A DNA stretch of 64,000 bases from Octopus sinensis (Eukaryota), in the NCBI RefSeq assembly GCF_006345805.1, contig NC_043002.1, positions 64,852,001-64,916,000 of the forward strand, read 5' to 3'. Within the stretch, counting starts at the first letter, position 1; each line of letters begins with the position of its first letter. The notes under the pieces were generated by a model. The model was not told the DNA's origin. It searched no databases and was given only the letters and a program-made list of their open reading frames with translations. Positions 13,896 to 28,476 of the stretch are shown here, piece after piece. The position numbers and the translations under genes are program-made.

Positions 13896-14527
13896 GGATA
13901 GACCCAGTGTTCGAAGAAGGACAGGGAAACGCCACCAGCCTGTGTAATCACATACGTGGTTTTGGCGATTTCTTTTCCTTCTTTGAACAGTTGACTTCCT
14001 CCTTTACAACGAAGTGTTATTCTCCAAACTTTAAAAACTCTCTGATTTTCACCGAGAGTCAGAATAATACATTCCTTGTGCACGTCCTCTTGTTGTCAAT
14101 TTTATTATTCATTCATTTGAATTGAATGTATATTTGAATTTCACTATATATATATGTGTGTGTGTGTGTATGTAAATATATTCGTTCTCAGTTGAAAGAT
14201 GCCTGTTGTTATTTCTCGTTGCTTGTATTCGTGATTGTGTACCATGTTCTCCGCTTATTTTTTCTGTCTTTGTTGCCGTACACATTCGCTAGCATTCTTA
14301 CAAAAGGGCCTAATGCTCTTAGCTTATATTTTTCGGGCTCAATCAGATCATACTATCTCAAGTGTAACTGTCCGAAATAGGTATGACTTCTGGTACTTGA
14401 CCGATGAAAATAAGGCAAGAATGACCTGTCTTCTTTTGTCTGTCCTTCTAATTGTTGTATCTCTTGTCCGCCCCTGTATCGTCTATCTGTCCGAACGCTT
14501 TAATGCCCTCTATTACGTTTTCGTTGC

Positions 14528-14579
<52 letters not shown>

Positions 14580-14797
14580 CAATATATTTCCCTACATTTG
14601 TAGGAGTTTGTGTTTATGTATATGAATGTAGATATACATATTTGTTTGTGTGAATGTATGTATGCATATATTTATATACCGAGACAAAAGTACATATATA
14701 TGTATATGTATATTTATATATATATATTATATATATATATATATATATTATACATATTTAACATATATCTTTGTAGCCATATATATGTATGTATATA

Positions 14798-14893
<96 letters not shown>

Positions 14894-15683
14894 TGTATAT
14901 TATGTATATATGTATTTGTGTGTACAAGTGTGTGGGTGGGAAATTGTACGTATATGTGTATATACATCCTTAAATAATGTAGTGTTTGCAGCCAATGTTG
15001 AAATATTTGTCTCCCACCGTAACTAATTAAAGATATTCTAAATTAAAATTTAAGAAACAAATCATCGTCAACCCGTTCAATTGTAATTATTTGTAAATAT
15101 TTTTTCCATTTTTTATTATTCATTTCTTTCTGTTTATTCGTCTTCTGCTTCGTAATTAATTTGTTCATGTCATTCCTGGGAAGGGTGGGACCATTGTTTC
15201 CCTCATATTGCAGTTGTTCTTGCTGACGTTGGCAATATGCATTTTTTTTTCTATTTGTCTCTTTTTTGCATTTATTTTAATCTAAATATTAATTAAAACT
15301 AATCGATTAGTAATTTCGCATAAAACGTTAGTAGAATTTCATTAGGGTTGAAAAAAATAAAATAAAACAAAATAGGATAAAATTAAAATTAAATTCAATT
15401 ATAAAAAAAAAAATATTGAATAACAACTAAAATAATCCCACACTTGTATTCTGTTTATCAACAGAGAAATATTCTCCTGTCTTTTAGGTCCATAATTTCG
15501 GTGCGCTAGAAGGCTAAACACTGATCCACTTGTAGAATATATACATGGAGTGGAGAGGAGTTGAATGTGCATGCATATGTGTGCATATGTATGTGTATAC
15601 GCACATGCACACACGCACACATACATACACACACATATATATATATGTATACATATATATATATATATATATATACATATAAA

Positions 15684-15888
15684 GTTAATCCAAACAAGAA
15701 AGCACAAAAAAAACAACAACGTGAGTACGTGGAACAAATATAGTATTATTGGACGCTCAGGAAAGAAGGAAAGAAGGAGGGTTTAACGTTTCGAGCGGAG
15801 CTCTTCGTCGGAAACATAGGAGAAGGAAAGATCCAGAGAAGGGAAGACAGAGGGAAAAAAAATTGCTAACGGTACACACGCGGTCATA
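15684..15888 (-). mobile_element. ~200-bp non-autonomous element (family F) carrying a minimal hammerhead at 15781-15815
   Basis: Reverse complement of 59107-59309 with matching ends. Fold: GTTT-CCGACGA-A-GAGC/TCC/GCTC-GAAAC-GTT-AAAC. Confidence 0.75.
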
Positions 15889-15904
15889 TAACTATTTATC
15901 TCGA

Positions 15905-15946
<42 letters not shown>

Positions 15947-16019
15947 CTAGATAGATAGATATACACACACATATTCATAAATATATATGTCACTTCATAT
16001 ATATATATATGTATATATA

Positions 16020-16535
16020 TGTAAATGTAATATGTGACAAATATTCGGTAGCTATGATAAAACTCCGAGTTTCGGATGCCGGAGTGGAAATCCCCGCCGC
16101 TATTGCTTCAGTTATCCGGTCATCAGAAAAAAATGCTATGCAAATGACAGTTAAAAAAGGGAAGTTATTGTGTGATTGACCGTTATTAAGACAAAAGAGC
16201 TATTTGAATGACCGTTAAGTAAGGGGAGTGAGTAAAAGCACCGCCTTACCTTTACGCCATCCCCTCACTTATCGGTAATTCAAATAGCTCTTTTGTCATA
16301 ATAGTGATCAATAACAGTAATTTCCCTATTTTTAACGGTCATTTGAATATCATTTTTTTTTTTGATGGCCGGATAACCAAAGAAATGGTGGCGTGGATTT
16401 CCACACCGACATCAGAAACTTAGAGCTTTATCATGGCTACCAAATAATTGTCACATATTACATTTACAGATACATTCCTCTATTTACATAATATCGAGGT
16501 CTCTTTCATTCTTTTGTTGTCTTAACATTTCTATC
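16020..16535. mobile_element. Fold-back pair of family B hammerhead elements (5'-to-5')
   Basis: 16020-~16235 is inversely repeated at ~16262-16468. Hammerhead remnants lie at 16056-16116 (-) and ~16372-16432 (+). The same family occurs at 56229-56490. Confidence 0.75.
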
Positions 16536-16579
16536 AATATATATCTATATATATATGTATTATGGTTGTGTGTGTGTTC

Positions 16580-16767
16580 GTGTGTCTCTGTCTCCCACCC
16601 TCGTTTGAGAACCGATATTTGTGTGGTTACGTCCCCGTAACTTAGCTGTTCGGCAAAAGAAACCGATAGAATAAGTACTAGGCTTCTGTGGTCGATTTCT
16701 TCGACTGAAGGCGCTGCTCTAGCATGGCCGCAGACAAATGACTGAAACGAATAAAAGAATAAAAGAA
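16580..16767 (+). mobile_element. 3' part of SINE family S2
   Basis: cgtccccgtaacttagc...ccgatagaataagtactaggctt...gcatggccgcagacaaatgactgaaac matches the other S2 copies. Confidence 0.8.
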
Positions 16768-18505
16768 ACAGAATAATTTTGTATACGTAAGTGCATGAGT
16801 TGTGTGTGTGTGTGTGTGTGTACTTGAGTGTACCTGTGTGTACGTGTATGCGTGTGCGTTTGTGATTTTTTCTTTGCGTATATAGATATGTATTTTTAAT
16901 TTCATCATGGTGTGCAGAGAGGTGAAACTGAAAAATTAAAGCAAAGATAAGAATTCTTGTTTCCTTCTATTTATGTTCCACAAAAATGATGACTTTGTCA
17001 AATCAACGCATTTGTGTTGTTTTAGCAAAGATGTTTCCATTTCTCTATATTTACAATAATATCGCTGAAAAATCAGCTTCACAATGCTATTACAGAACGG
17101 GTAAATAAATTGAGTAGAAATCGAAGAACGCAAGTAACCATGGTGTATCCTTCACAGGCACATGTAAATATTAGGTGCAGGGGTCAATGGATGCAGAGCA
17201 CCATTTGACCGAATAGCAACAGGTCAGAGGATCAAATCAACAATTCCTTACCTAGCCACAAGTAGAATCTACTTTGGTTTCACCAAGTGATCTCATTACA
17301 TCTCATTCGGCTAAAAGTTCTTCAAGACAACGCCAGAAAATAGCCGGAGTAAAAGGTGTGTGTGTGTTTGTGATGTGTGCGTGTGTGTGTGTGTGGGTGT
17401 GGGTGTGAGTGTAAGTGCGTGTGTATGCGTGTGTCCTGCTTTTGTTACCACTTCCATCCTCCGCAAAACATCCCAAATTTTATTTAATTTGCTTTGCGGG
17501 AAGGACTGTTTTAACGAGGTCGCGTCTTGTCCTTACCTTCTTTACGAGGAGTAGATAACACAGGGAACAACAAATGAAGGGAATGTTCTTTATGTTGCCT
17601 GTCTCGTTTCTCTGTGTGTTTGTTTCTTTCGTTGTTTGAAAAAATGTTCGTTTTCTATGTTTTCGTTTTTATGTTCTCGTTTCTCATTGTGTCTACGTTG
17701 TTTTATGTCCTGCACCCATATATGCATGCATATATACATATATATGTAGGTATGTACATATATGTATGTGTATATGCATATATTTATGTTAATATATTAT
17801 TATATGATCGAACGCCACGCATCCATATCCAAGTAAGTTTTATCTATCTATATATAAACATACATATAAGTGCATATAAGTTTATGTGTGTGGGTGCGTG
17901 TGTATGATTCTGTGTATATACATATATATAGAGAGAGATATATGTGTGTATGAGTGTGTAGGGGGATGATTATGTGTGTGTGTGTGCGTGCGTGTGTGTG
18001 TATATAATTAGATACATTTCAGCAAAAGATGGAGCAGCTATGACTAATATTAATAGCAGCACATGATAGGATCAAAAGAATGAATTAACGATATACATAC
18101 CTCCCAATGACTAGAAATGTTAAGATCTTTATAAATGTAGAGGAAAAACTAAAAATTTTAAATATGTATATTCTGTACACCTTTACTCTTTGATCTAAAT
18201 ATAAAATTTCGAGACCCGCCCGAACTTCAATCAATCTAGAGGGTAATGTTTCCTCTATGATCTATAACCACGAGGATTACAGCATGTATACACGAGTGTG
18301 AGTGCGGGAGGGGTGTATGTGTGTGTGGAGAGTATGTTCATTGGGGTGTGAATATGTGCGTGTATGACATCACCAGTGGTCATGTGATGGAAATAACTAG
18401 ACAGGAAACAATATAACGGGAGATTATACAGTCGTACACAATGTATGCAAACTGAAATACACACACACATACACGCATGTTCGTTTGTCCCTGTTACTTT
18501 CTTTT

Positions 18506-18551
<46 letters not shown>

Positions 18552-18817
18552 TTCACACACACACAGATATACAGATAGAGGGAAAGTGAGGAAAAGAAGA
18601 AATGGCTATAGAAATGGTTGTTCAGTTTCTGGTTTTTCAAACAACTGGTACACTATCGGGATGTCTGTTCTCCATGAAATGTGCAAGAACTTTTTCCACT
18701 CCTCAATCAATATAATCTATTTCATGAATAGGGACATCTTGGAACAACAGTCGCAGACGGAGCCCATCAAATGCAGTGGAAATCATTGATGTGTTCTGAT
18801 ATTTTACGAGTTTGAGG

Positions 18818-18885
18818 TACAGCAATCCCTCGACTCACGCCGGTATTGCGTTCCAAAACCTCACATGATACGTGAAAACGCGCGA
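18818..18885 (+). mobile_element. Tigger/pogo-like terminal inverted repeat fragment
   Basis: TA|CAGCAATCCCTCGACTCACGCCGG resembles TcMar-Tigger termini. No partner end was found. Confidence 0.35.
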
Positions 18886-21602
18886 AGGAAAAACAATACT
18901 GTTTTTTTAATTATTTTTATAATCTGTATATATTTATTTTATTATGAATGCAAAACAACACCACCGAAGGATCGACATAAGCTTAACTAATAATCAGCTA
19001 TAGGTGAACTGCGATAGATACACCGTGATATGTCGAGGGGTTACTGTTTCAAATTCTACCATTTGCGTAGATTCTGCCTTCGTAATCCAGTAGATTATTC
19101 AGCAATCATTGCTACTGTTATTTAATTAAGAAGTGCAATCTCTATAGAAGACGTGGGTGTTATTGGACATGCGTTCACTCCAACCATATTTTTAACAGTG
19201 AGAAGCTTTTGCGAAAATTATAAATGAAATATTTGTTCATTGTAATATATTTCGCTGAGTTCAAAGGATAGACGTAAATATGTAATTAAATTAACCACAT
19301 AAAGTTATATAAGAATAAAGGAATGTTTTATAATAAAGATAGGAATGAAAGAATGAATAAATTGCAAGGAGATAAATAAATGCAATAAAATAGAAGGAAC
19401 AGATTCTTACTAAAATAAAGTCAAATTTTATTATCACTGTTAAAAACATAAATGAATGAAACTGTTGAACAATAAAATAAAGGAGTAATGAGAAATAAAA
19501 ACATGATAAATAAGAAATAGTCAATAAAAAATTAAGAAAATACACAGAAGCAAATATATTGTAAATTACGGAATAATATTGGCGGGCGATGTTTTTGTTA
19601 AGAATTGGTGAAAGAAAAATGGTAATGCCAATGAATTTGCCTAACTCCCTCTCCTGATAAATGTTATTGTTATGTTCTGCAATGTTCAGATGAAGGGAGT
19701 ATGTCCAAATGTACACCTTTTCCGGAGCGGAGAAAAATGCGGAATAATTTACTTTAGTCTTTTGTAAATGAGATACAATTTTAATTACAAGACAAACAGA
19801 AGCGATTGGGACAAATGAGCTTGGGTTACTAGTGTCACCCGAGGGCCTTTTTCTATCGCCATATGAGAAGCATAAAATAAACCGTTAAATACTTGCTATG
19901 ATACCTCATGCAGAGAACACAAATACTTCATTTAATTAATATTACTGTTGTAAGGAGATCAAAACTTCAGTGATTAATGTGAAATCTTTTTGGTCAAGGT
20001 AAAACAAATTAATTATATCAGACTGTCCCTTCTAGTTAGGAGATGCATGTAACTGCTTGAAAATAATATTAATTAAATCTGATATTTGGTAAACAGAGTG
20101 GCAACTCCGGAAATGCTACTTTCTTTGTAGACCTCATCAGCATAACATGGCTCTTTTTTACACCGCCCAAATTGTCAATAATATGACAATTAAAGTATAA
20201 ATGTAAAACAACTTTGGGAGTTGTCGTGACGACTTGACATTATAAGGGATCAAATTTATCAAGGAAAACCATTTGCATGTAAATTGTGCGCGAGTTCTTT
20301 TCTATTAAGTTTGGAAGAAAAAATAATTGAGTTAATTAATATTACCATCCCTCTGAGCGGATGAATGTCTAATGTTAATCAAATTTTGTAAAGGCAAAAG
20401 GGCTGTAAAGAGACATGAATTTGAATAAATTGTTGATAACAAAAAAGAAAAGAAAAGAAAACTTCGAAGAAATAAAGAAATAAGTATTGAATTTGAAAGG
20501 GAATCTGAAGAAAAATATTTTAAAAAATGAAAGGGAAGAAAGCAGAGTAAGGAGCAACCGCAGAAATGAAAGGAAATTGAAGAAAGAGGACGAAAAATAT
20601 TTGGAAAATATAAAAGAAGAATGAAGAACATTGGGAAGTGTTAGAAGCATCTGAAAGATGGAGAGATATAAAGGAAAATTTGTGGGAGAAATACAAGCGA
20701 CGCAACGGAAAAGAAAAGAAGTGAACACGGAAGAAGGTATTAATTCATAGGACATATAAAGAAATAGGAAACAAACTGGCAAAGAAGAAAATGAAAAGGG
20801 AAACCTAGGGGTAAAGAAACTGGGAAGAATTAAAATGTTAGAAATAAATGTAATCATGAAAAAAAAAAACAAAAGCAATGTTACGTTAGATGTAAAGTAA
20901 GGGTGAAGTGTCATTAAAACAAGAGGAGAGAGAATTAAAAAGGAATGGAAATTAGTAAAGAGAAAACGGCGAAAGAAGCAATGGAATGAAAGTATTAAGT
21001 GAGACATGCAGTAAGGTTAAGAAAAGGACAGGAAGGAACAATGCCGAAAATATAATTTTAAAAGAGAGAATGTGAAAATGAAACAAAGAAATACTTGACT
21101 GGAAAATAAGATAGAATAAAAAGGGCAACGAAGAAAAATTCTTAAAGCAACAAACAAAAGAAATATATAGTAAAAGATTGAATGAAAGAAGAATACAAAA
21201 AAAAAAGATGAGTTTTAAAAAGAGAGAGAAGAATCGAAACGGTGGATTAAAGAACGGAATACAGAATGGAAGAATGGAAGGAATATAGAATTAACATTCG
21301 AATGAAACAAAACTCCAGCGATGATTAGGGGGCATGGATGAAAGACTGCTAAATACAGAGAGAGATATTTGACAGGATGACGGATGATAGAATTAAAGAA
21401 TTTTAAGTTGAATGATGAGGGAAAATGTTTAATGAGAGAGCGAATACACCAGTGATCGAATGAATGATTGAAAAAAAAAAGAAATGGAGAAATAAATAGA
21501 GTATAATGATTGTTTTCAATAATAAATCAATAATTAAATATATATTTTTGAAATGACGAATGATAATAGTAATAATATATGATATAGTATGAAGTACAGA
21601 AG

Positions 21603-21790
21603 AAGGCAGTAAGCTCGATGAATTATTAGCAACGTCTGGCAAAATGCTATGCGATATTATATCCGTTTTTAGGTTCTGAGGTCGACTTTGCCATTCCTCC
21701 TTTCAAGGTAGATTTAAAAAGTACCTGTTGAACATTGGGGTCGATGTAATCGACTTCCCCATGCCCTTGGGCCAAAAATCTGAAACCAAT
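21603..21790 (+). mobile_element. SINE family S3 (gtcgactttgcc...ggggtcgatgtaatcgact body)
   Basis: Shares its body with 23063-23245, 45575-45745 and 49662-50041. Confidence 0.65.
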
Positions 21791-21903
21791 ATGAAACACA
21801 GAAGTGAAATATAGTTGATCGAATGTTCAAGACAAATAACTATCGATAAAAGATGTATGTATATATGTATATGTGTGCATATAAACACATACACACACAT
21901 GTG

Positions 21904-21964
<61 letters not shown>

Positions 21965-22130
21965 ATCTATATATGGAAAGATATGGAAAGAAAGAGAGAG
22001 AGAGAAAAAAATAATAGTTGATAGTTAAACGAATAATGAAAATATAAAATAAAAAAAGAATGAAAATCTAGAGTTATATTTGGTAAGTATAAATTATTAT
22101 TGTGCCACTATATTATAGGTAGTGGCGGTA

Positions 22131-22350
22131 CATCGCATAGTGGTTATAGCAGCGGACTCGCGGGTTCGAATCTCAGACGGGGCGAAATGTGTGTTTATGA
22201 GTGAAACACCTTAGCTCCGCGTAGCTCCGGCAGAAGGGAATGGCGAACGCCTGCTGACTCTCGCCACAACTTTCTCTCACTCTTTCCGCCTGCATCTTGC
22301 AGGTCACCTGCGACGGACTGGCGTCCGTCGAGGAGAACACTGTAAGATGA
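22131..22350 (+). mobile_element. SINE family S1 copy
   Basis: Head matches 1542; the body carries the ctgcga(c/t)ggactggcgtcc segment. Confidence 0.7.
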
Positions 22351-23062
22351 GCCAGCGAAAGATGTAAACGAAGAAGACAGAAGCAGAAGGGGAAATATCC
22401 GAATAAGAGAGTGAGAAAGAAAATAATTCTTAAGTAAATATGTGAAAGAGAAGAAAAGATAAAACAGTACAAAGAAGGAAGGAGGAACAAATAACTAAAC
22501 AAAAGTCGATAAAACAGTAATATAAGGAGAGGACAAAGATAGAAAGTGACATTATGAGAAAGAATGATAGCGACAAAAGAAGCAGAAAAGTATATAGATT
22601 CGTAAATAGAAAATAAAATCTGCTGAAATAGAGAGTAAAGAAATAAAATGATAATGAAGAGAAGTAAAAAGAACGAAAAGAGAGAAAAAGTATTCACTTA
22701 CTGAGGTGGACCTACTTATTTCTTTCTTAATCGTCGGATGCTAAAATTCAAAGACACATTACCAGTGAGTTAACTAAATATCGCAAGGCACATTGTCCAA
22801 CACAATCGCAACGTCCTTCCAACGAAGTAACAGAGAATTCCAAAACAGCTAGAACTCCCTATTTTATTAAGCAGTGAGATAAATTGTATTGGCAAAGGTA
22901 CATAATATTTATGTATTTCACAGAATACAGAGAAAGTAAAAAGCCTAAGGAAAAACCCATTTGAACAATGAATGTATTGCAAGACTATATACATTTTGTT
23001 TAACTCTGTTCCAGCAGTAGAGCATACTGAATTCGATAGAATTTAGAATATTACAGGTATGT

Positions 23063-23245
23063 AAGGCGGTGATCAGACAGAATCGTTAGCACGCCAGGTA
23101 AGCTGCTTCTCATTTTAAGTTCAAATTGTGCCGAGGTTGACTTCAACCTTTCATCTTTTCGGAGTCGATAAAATAAGTACCAGTTTAGCACAACCTGAAC
23201 CCAACCCTCAATTTGTTGTTCTTGTGCCAAAATTTGAAACCAATG
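23063..23245 (+). mobile_element. SINE family S3 copy
   Basis: gccgaggttgacttcaacctttcatcttttcggagtcgataaaataagtaccagt. Confidence 0.65.
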
Positions 23246-24459
23246 CTATTTGTATGTACTTGCCCGTCTTCGAGGTGATGATAGGGAAAATCAATCCGTC
23301 AGAAATTTAAATTCAAAACTTAAATGAATGGAACGATATTCTGCTTTCTTTTCCATCGGTCTTTTTTGTTCAAAGTTATTTTTTAATGTTACTTAATCCA
23401 ATTAATAATGTTTTTCAAATTAACACATGGCCACATAACATCAAACAATTTCAATGAAAAATAACAGTGTGAAGTTGATAGCTGCATTATATGTATTGGA
23501 ACCGATGTGTTAAAGATCAAAGTTGAGGACTAAGATTTTCAATACACAGTCGCAAGAAAATAGGAAACCAAATCAATGAGAAGAATTTCAATTTCTGACC
23601 TTGTAGCAAAAGTCGTCATCATATAGACACGAGCCAAAGTGACGACACCCTACACATTACATACTAGCGTCTTACAAATGAGAATGCTATATTAAACGTA
23701 GTAGTTCTGAATAAAAGTGGAAAGATCGAGAGACAAAAATTACATGGTGTGGGTTGATTGATTTCGATTAAATGTTCAGTCAATCGGTTTTCATCTACGT
23801 CTAGACCAAAAATACGAAAAACGAAAGAAATAACGTATCGTTAGCTAAAGACGAAGGTCAAAGACTTTTAGTGAGATGTTCTTGAGAAAAGAAAAATGAA
23901 AGAGTAGGAATTTGCATACATGGTGGAGGAGGGCGAAACTGACGTCAGCGAATATATGCGCATTTATATTCCCCTCAATCATTTTCCACTACATATATAT
24001 ATATAAGCTATACAAAACTACATACACAACATATATATATACACACTCACACACACTCATATACGCGTGCACACACACATATGCGCGCGCCACACATTAC
24101 ATATTATATATACATATTTACATATGTTTGTATATACATACATACATTATATATATAAACATACACATACATATATGCATACATATACATATCTACATAT
24201 AAACCATAAGCATCGGTAGCTATGTGAGATGAGTATTTTTATCTAACTACATGACATCCTTAGGATTACGGCCTATGAAATTAGATATTCACACAACAAA
24301 GCAAATGAAGGAAGCTAGCTCATCAGATCACCAGAACATCATCGTTACACAAACGATTCAACGCTATATACAGCGTTTAATTGCGTGCACGCGCACACTC
24401 ACTCACATGTTCACACACAGAGACATAAATACATACACACACGTACACCAACACACACA

Positions 24460-24490
<31 letters not shown>

Positions 24491-24532
<42 letters not shown>

Positions 24533-26193
24533 TCTAGTTAATTTTTGGGCTCAAAAATCAAAAAGCAAGGTCATGTAGAGGGACATGGAGTTATATACAG
24601 GGTGGTGATCATGTAAAGAGTTCAGGCCACTTGAGGTCAAGGGAGACTTTGAACCGAGCGGTCGTCGGCATCTTCACCATCTTGTCTGGCAGCTTATTCC
24701 ACGGATCCACAACCCGGACGGAGAAAGCCCCTCTCCTTCGATTGAGATGAAATCGTCGCAGATAGAGCTTTTTGGAATGACCCCGCAGCCGACGCTCTGG
24801 AGCAGGAGTGAAGAACAGCTCTTTCGAGAGGTTACACTTTCCGCTTATGATGTTGTGAGCAAGAATGAGATCTCCACGGCGTCGTCATTTTTCTAGAGAA
24901 TAAAGGTCGAGCGTCTTCATCTTCATAAGACAAATTCTTAAGACCAAGAACCATGCGGGTAGCCAGCTTCTGGACCTTTTTGAGATGCTGTATGTCTTTG
25001 AGGAGATAAGGAGAAGAGGCTTGAATCCGTACTCCAATATGGGTCTCACCAGCGTGACATAGAGCGGTAGGAATATGGTTGTTGTGAGCATTCCGAATGA
25101 CCGTCGAATCAAGAACAGAATTCCGCGTGCTTTGTTGGCAGCATAGACGCACTGGGCCGAAGGCGAAAAGGAGGAATCCACCAAGATACCCAGGTCCTTT
25201 ACCTGATCGGTCCTCTCCAGCAGCAGACGGCCCGGCTCGAAATCAAGTTGAGTTGCAAGATGAGAGCCAACAGGCAGATGACAGCACTTTGACACGTTCA
25301 GACACAGGTCCCATTCGTTAGACCATCTCCAAATTTGGTGGAGGCATCGACGAAGATCCTCTATATCACCGTGAGGAGCGACCAATTTGACATCGTCGGC
25401 AAATAGAAGGGTGTGTTGCGTGAGGTCGTCGGGCAAGTCATTTTTGAAGACTAAGAACAATAAGGGCCCAAGCACTGAACTTTGAGGCACGCCACTGCTC
25501 GCACTGGAGACTCGGACCGCGAACCATTAACTTGGACTTGGAAGGAGCGATCTGAGAGGAAGGCACCAACCCATCGTACAATATCCGGATGGAAACTATA
25601 TGCTTGAAGCTTGACAAGTAAAAGGCGCTAGTTTACCGAGTCAAAAGCTTTGGCAAAGTCCAATAAAACGATGTCAACAGCATCACTATCATCGAGGATG
25701 CGCGTCACCAATTCTTCCATTACCAGTAAGTTGGTCAATCATGATCTCTTCGACACGAAGCCGTGTTGGGAATCAGAGATAGAGGCTGTGTTTTGGAGGT
25801 GGCGCATCATACTTTTCTTAAGGATGGTTTCGAACATCTTGCTGATTATTGATGTAAGGGAAACCGGTTGGTAGTTAAGCGGGTCTTCGCGGCTCCCTTT
25901 CTTGAAAATTGGGCAGATTATCGCTGTTCTCCAGTCCGCAGGTATGACACCCGTTGCCAATGACATATTGAATAGACGTGTTAAGGGCTCGCAGATGACC
26001 GGAGCCAAAGCTTTGATAACCCGTGGGTGTATGCCGTCAGGGCCGTGACCCTTGTTGACATCGAGGCCTAGAATAACGCGTTCGACTTCGTTCCGCGTGA
26101 TGACCAATCGAAGCATTGGAGGTACCGATCTATCAAATGGAGGGGGTTCACGACCATCATCTCGTTTGAAAATAGTTGAAAAAGCCTCGGGAA
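24491..26193 (-). mobile_element. 5'-truncated CR1/L2-clade LINE, reverse transcriptase pseudogene with (CTAA)n tail
   Basis: Motifs GHGPDGIHPRVIK, NYQPVSLTS, LDFAKAFDSVN* (stop near 25628), PQSSVLGPLLF, LFADDVKL and KDLGILVD, with frameshifts. The 3' end is the (TAGT)n run at 24491-24540. Confidence 0.92.
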
Positions 26194-26209
26194 ATAATAT
26201 ATGTATATA

Positions 26210-26325
<116 letters not shown>

Positions 26326-26348
26326 TGTATGTATATATATATATATAT

Positions 26349-26790
26349 ACTAGCAGAGATACCCGGCGTTGCCCATGTTACATGCAATTGGAGAATTAGT
26401 TTTTCTGTTATATGTTCTCTAATGAACTGGAATATCTATGTTTCGAATTTTATCAAAATTGCAGATGAGGGTTATTTCCCTCTTTACACACCCTAAAAAA
26501 AATTGTAATCGTGCCATATGTAATCCATACTACTGATTTTTATGCGCATATTCCACAATTCCAGTTTTATTGAACCTGTTAAAAAAATTTTGCTCCTAAA
26601 AAATGCAAGTCATGGAACTCTAACAGGTGAGAGTTAAGGACCCTGTTGGGGGTGGGCATATTAATGTCAACCAGAGAAGTTGAATTCTTGGGAATCTTTT
26701 TAACTTAGGTCATATATCTATTGTTTGAATTTCTTTGAAATAGGAAATATATGTTCACTGGGTTTGTAAAAGAGAGCAAAGCTACAGGAA
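26349..26790 (+). mobile_element. Helentron/DINE-1-like non-autonomous element 5' end (3' boundary uncertain)
   Basis: Starts ACTAGCAGAGATACCCGGCGTTGCCC, similar to the start at 50840. Confidence 0.5.
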
Positions 26791-28378
26791 ACCAAAATAC
26801 GAATGGTCACAATAAGCAGTCAGTTACCCTACCCTAGTCGTTACCACTCCCAATGTAGGATTCCTCACCATCCAGGAAAACAGACAAGAATGCGATACGG
26901 AACATTAAAGTACAAATGTGGATTAAATGTGAACGAAAGCGAGGTTTACGAAGGACAAAGAAGAAAGCAAACAGGACTGTGGGCATACAAAAGAACTTGT
27001 ATAAATTAACGAACAATATAAGATCTTGAGGCCAGACGGAGAGTGGGCGAAAATATTCAACGCTAGGAGAATATCCTTGTTATTGCAGCCGGTCGTGTAA
27101 AGAAGAACATGAGACTCATTACAGATCACATGTTAGGGGGGATTTATAGTAGAGGGCAGAGAGAAATAGAGAGGGAAGGCAAAAGAACGTGACAGATAGC
27201 AGCATAGAAACAAGAAGAGCAGGAGAGAGAGAGTGTGTGTTTGTGAACGTGAGAGAAGAAGAGAAAGAGGGAGAGTGTTGTACAAAAATATGCAGTAGTT
27301 ACTTGTAAACGAAGAACTTTTTCTATATATATATATGTATTGCTGTTGGCATCCTTTTGCCTCGGCAGACAATGGAATTGAGCATAAAATAATCCAATCT
27401 TGTTTTTACATTCCATGTCCTCTCCAGTTTCCTCTCCAGTTTTGCGCAGGCCTAGGCTAGATGTAAGAAAATCATGGGTAGCCCAATCGTCAGGGTTCCT
27501 CTCTCGAATTTGCAGACGAAGTGCAAAGGGGTGCAGAGCATTACGTTAGGCACCAGCTTGGTTGCAGGAACTGCCGGAAGAGTGTAATATAAAAATAGTA
27601 GAGAGATTAAGAGCAATTTATTGTGAAATACAGTATTATATATTTTCAAACATGAACCATAAATGAATGATGTGTGTAATTCAGTGTTTCAGTCACACAT
27701 TGGTGGGGAGCATAAAGAACCATAGCAAAATATTGATAATTATATGAGAGAGCAAGGATGGAAGAAAAGTGAAAAAAACGCCTTTAAGGATTTGAAGTCC
27801 ATGGACGAATGACGATAACAAAATAGCTTAAGGAATTCTATGTGTTCTGTTATACATTATGACTTCTCCCAGAATAGATTTTCATCAAATTCCCAAATCA
27901 CAAAATTAAGGTTTAGGAGATGATCTAAGAAATAGAATAACTCTGTTGCGTGTATTTTACTGACCAGAGGAATATAGAAAGCAGCGATGAATTTGGTGAT
28001 ATTCATTAGCAGAATATAAAGGGAGGTAAGTAAATATGATATGTTAGTGTATCCGACATTTTTCTGATATTGAGATACCAATGCCCTCACAAGGTAAATC
28101 ATTAATAGCACAAGGATGCTCTATAAGAATTGATGTGGTATAAAATGCATGAGCAACGTTAGAAAGAATCAAAGAAAATTAACGATATCTTGGCGATTAG
28201 ATAGCATCGAAGAAAATATATATGGGAACATAAGAAAGGTGTTAAAATATCGAGAAATCATCTAGGTGGAAAGAAATTCAGTTGTGATTCTAAGATAAAT
28301 ATAAAGCCGAGAAAGAGAACAAGAAAAAGAGAGTATAAACATCAATGTGTATGTATGCGTTTATGTGTGCATTCTTTA

Positions 28379-28476
28379 GAAGAAGAAGAAAAGAAGAAGA
28401 AGAAGAAGAAGAAGAAGAAGAAGAAGAAGAAGAAGAAGAAGAAGAAGAAGAAGAAGAAGAAGAAGAAGAGGAAGAA
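28379..28476 (+). repeat. (GAA)n tract, about 32 units
   Basis: Seen directly in the sequence. Confidence 0.95.

Noticed and set aside
18640-18790. Minus-strand STAFDGLRLRLLF... resembling an RT KAFD motif
   Set aside because: Too degenerate to call.
20110-20150. CTGATGA...GAAAGTA on the minus strand
   Set aside because: Stems II and III do not form and the stem I register does not fit.
20300-21400. Purine-rich 1.1-kb tract giving F/L/S-rich minus-strand ORFs
   Set aside because: This is low-complexity A/G bias with no periodicity or coding signal.
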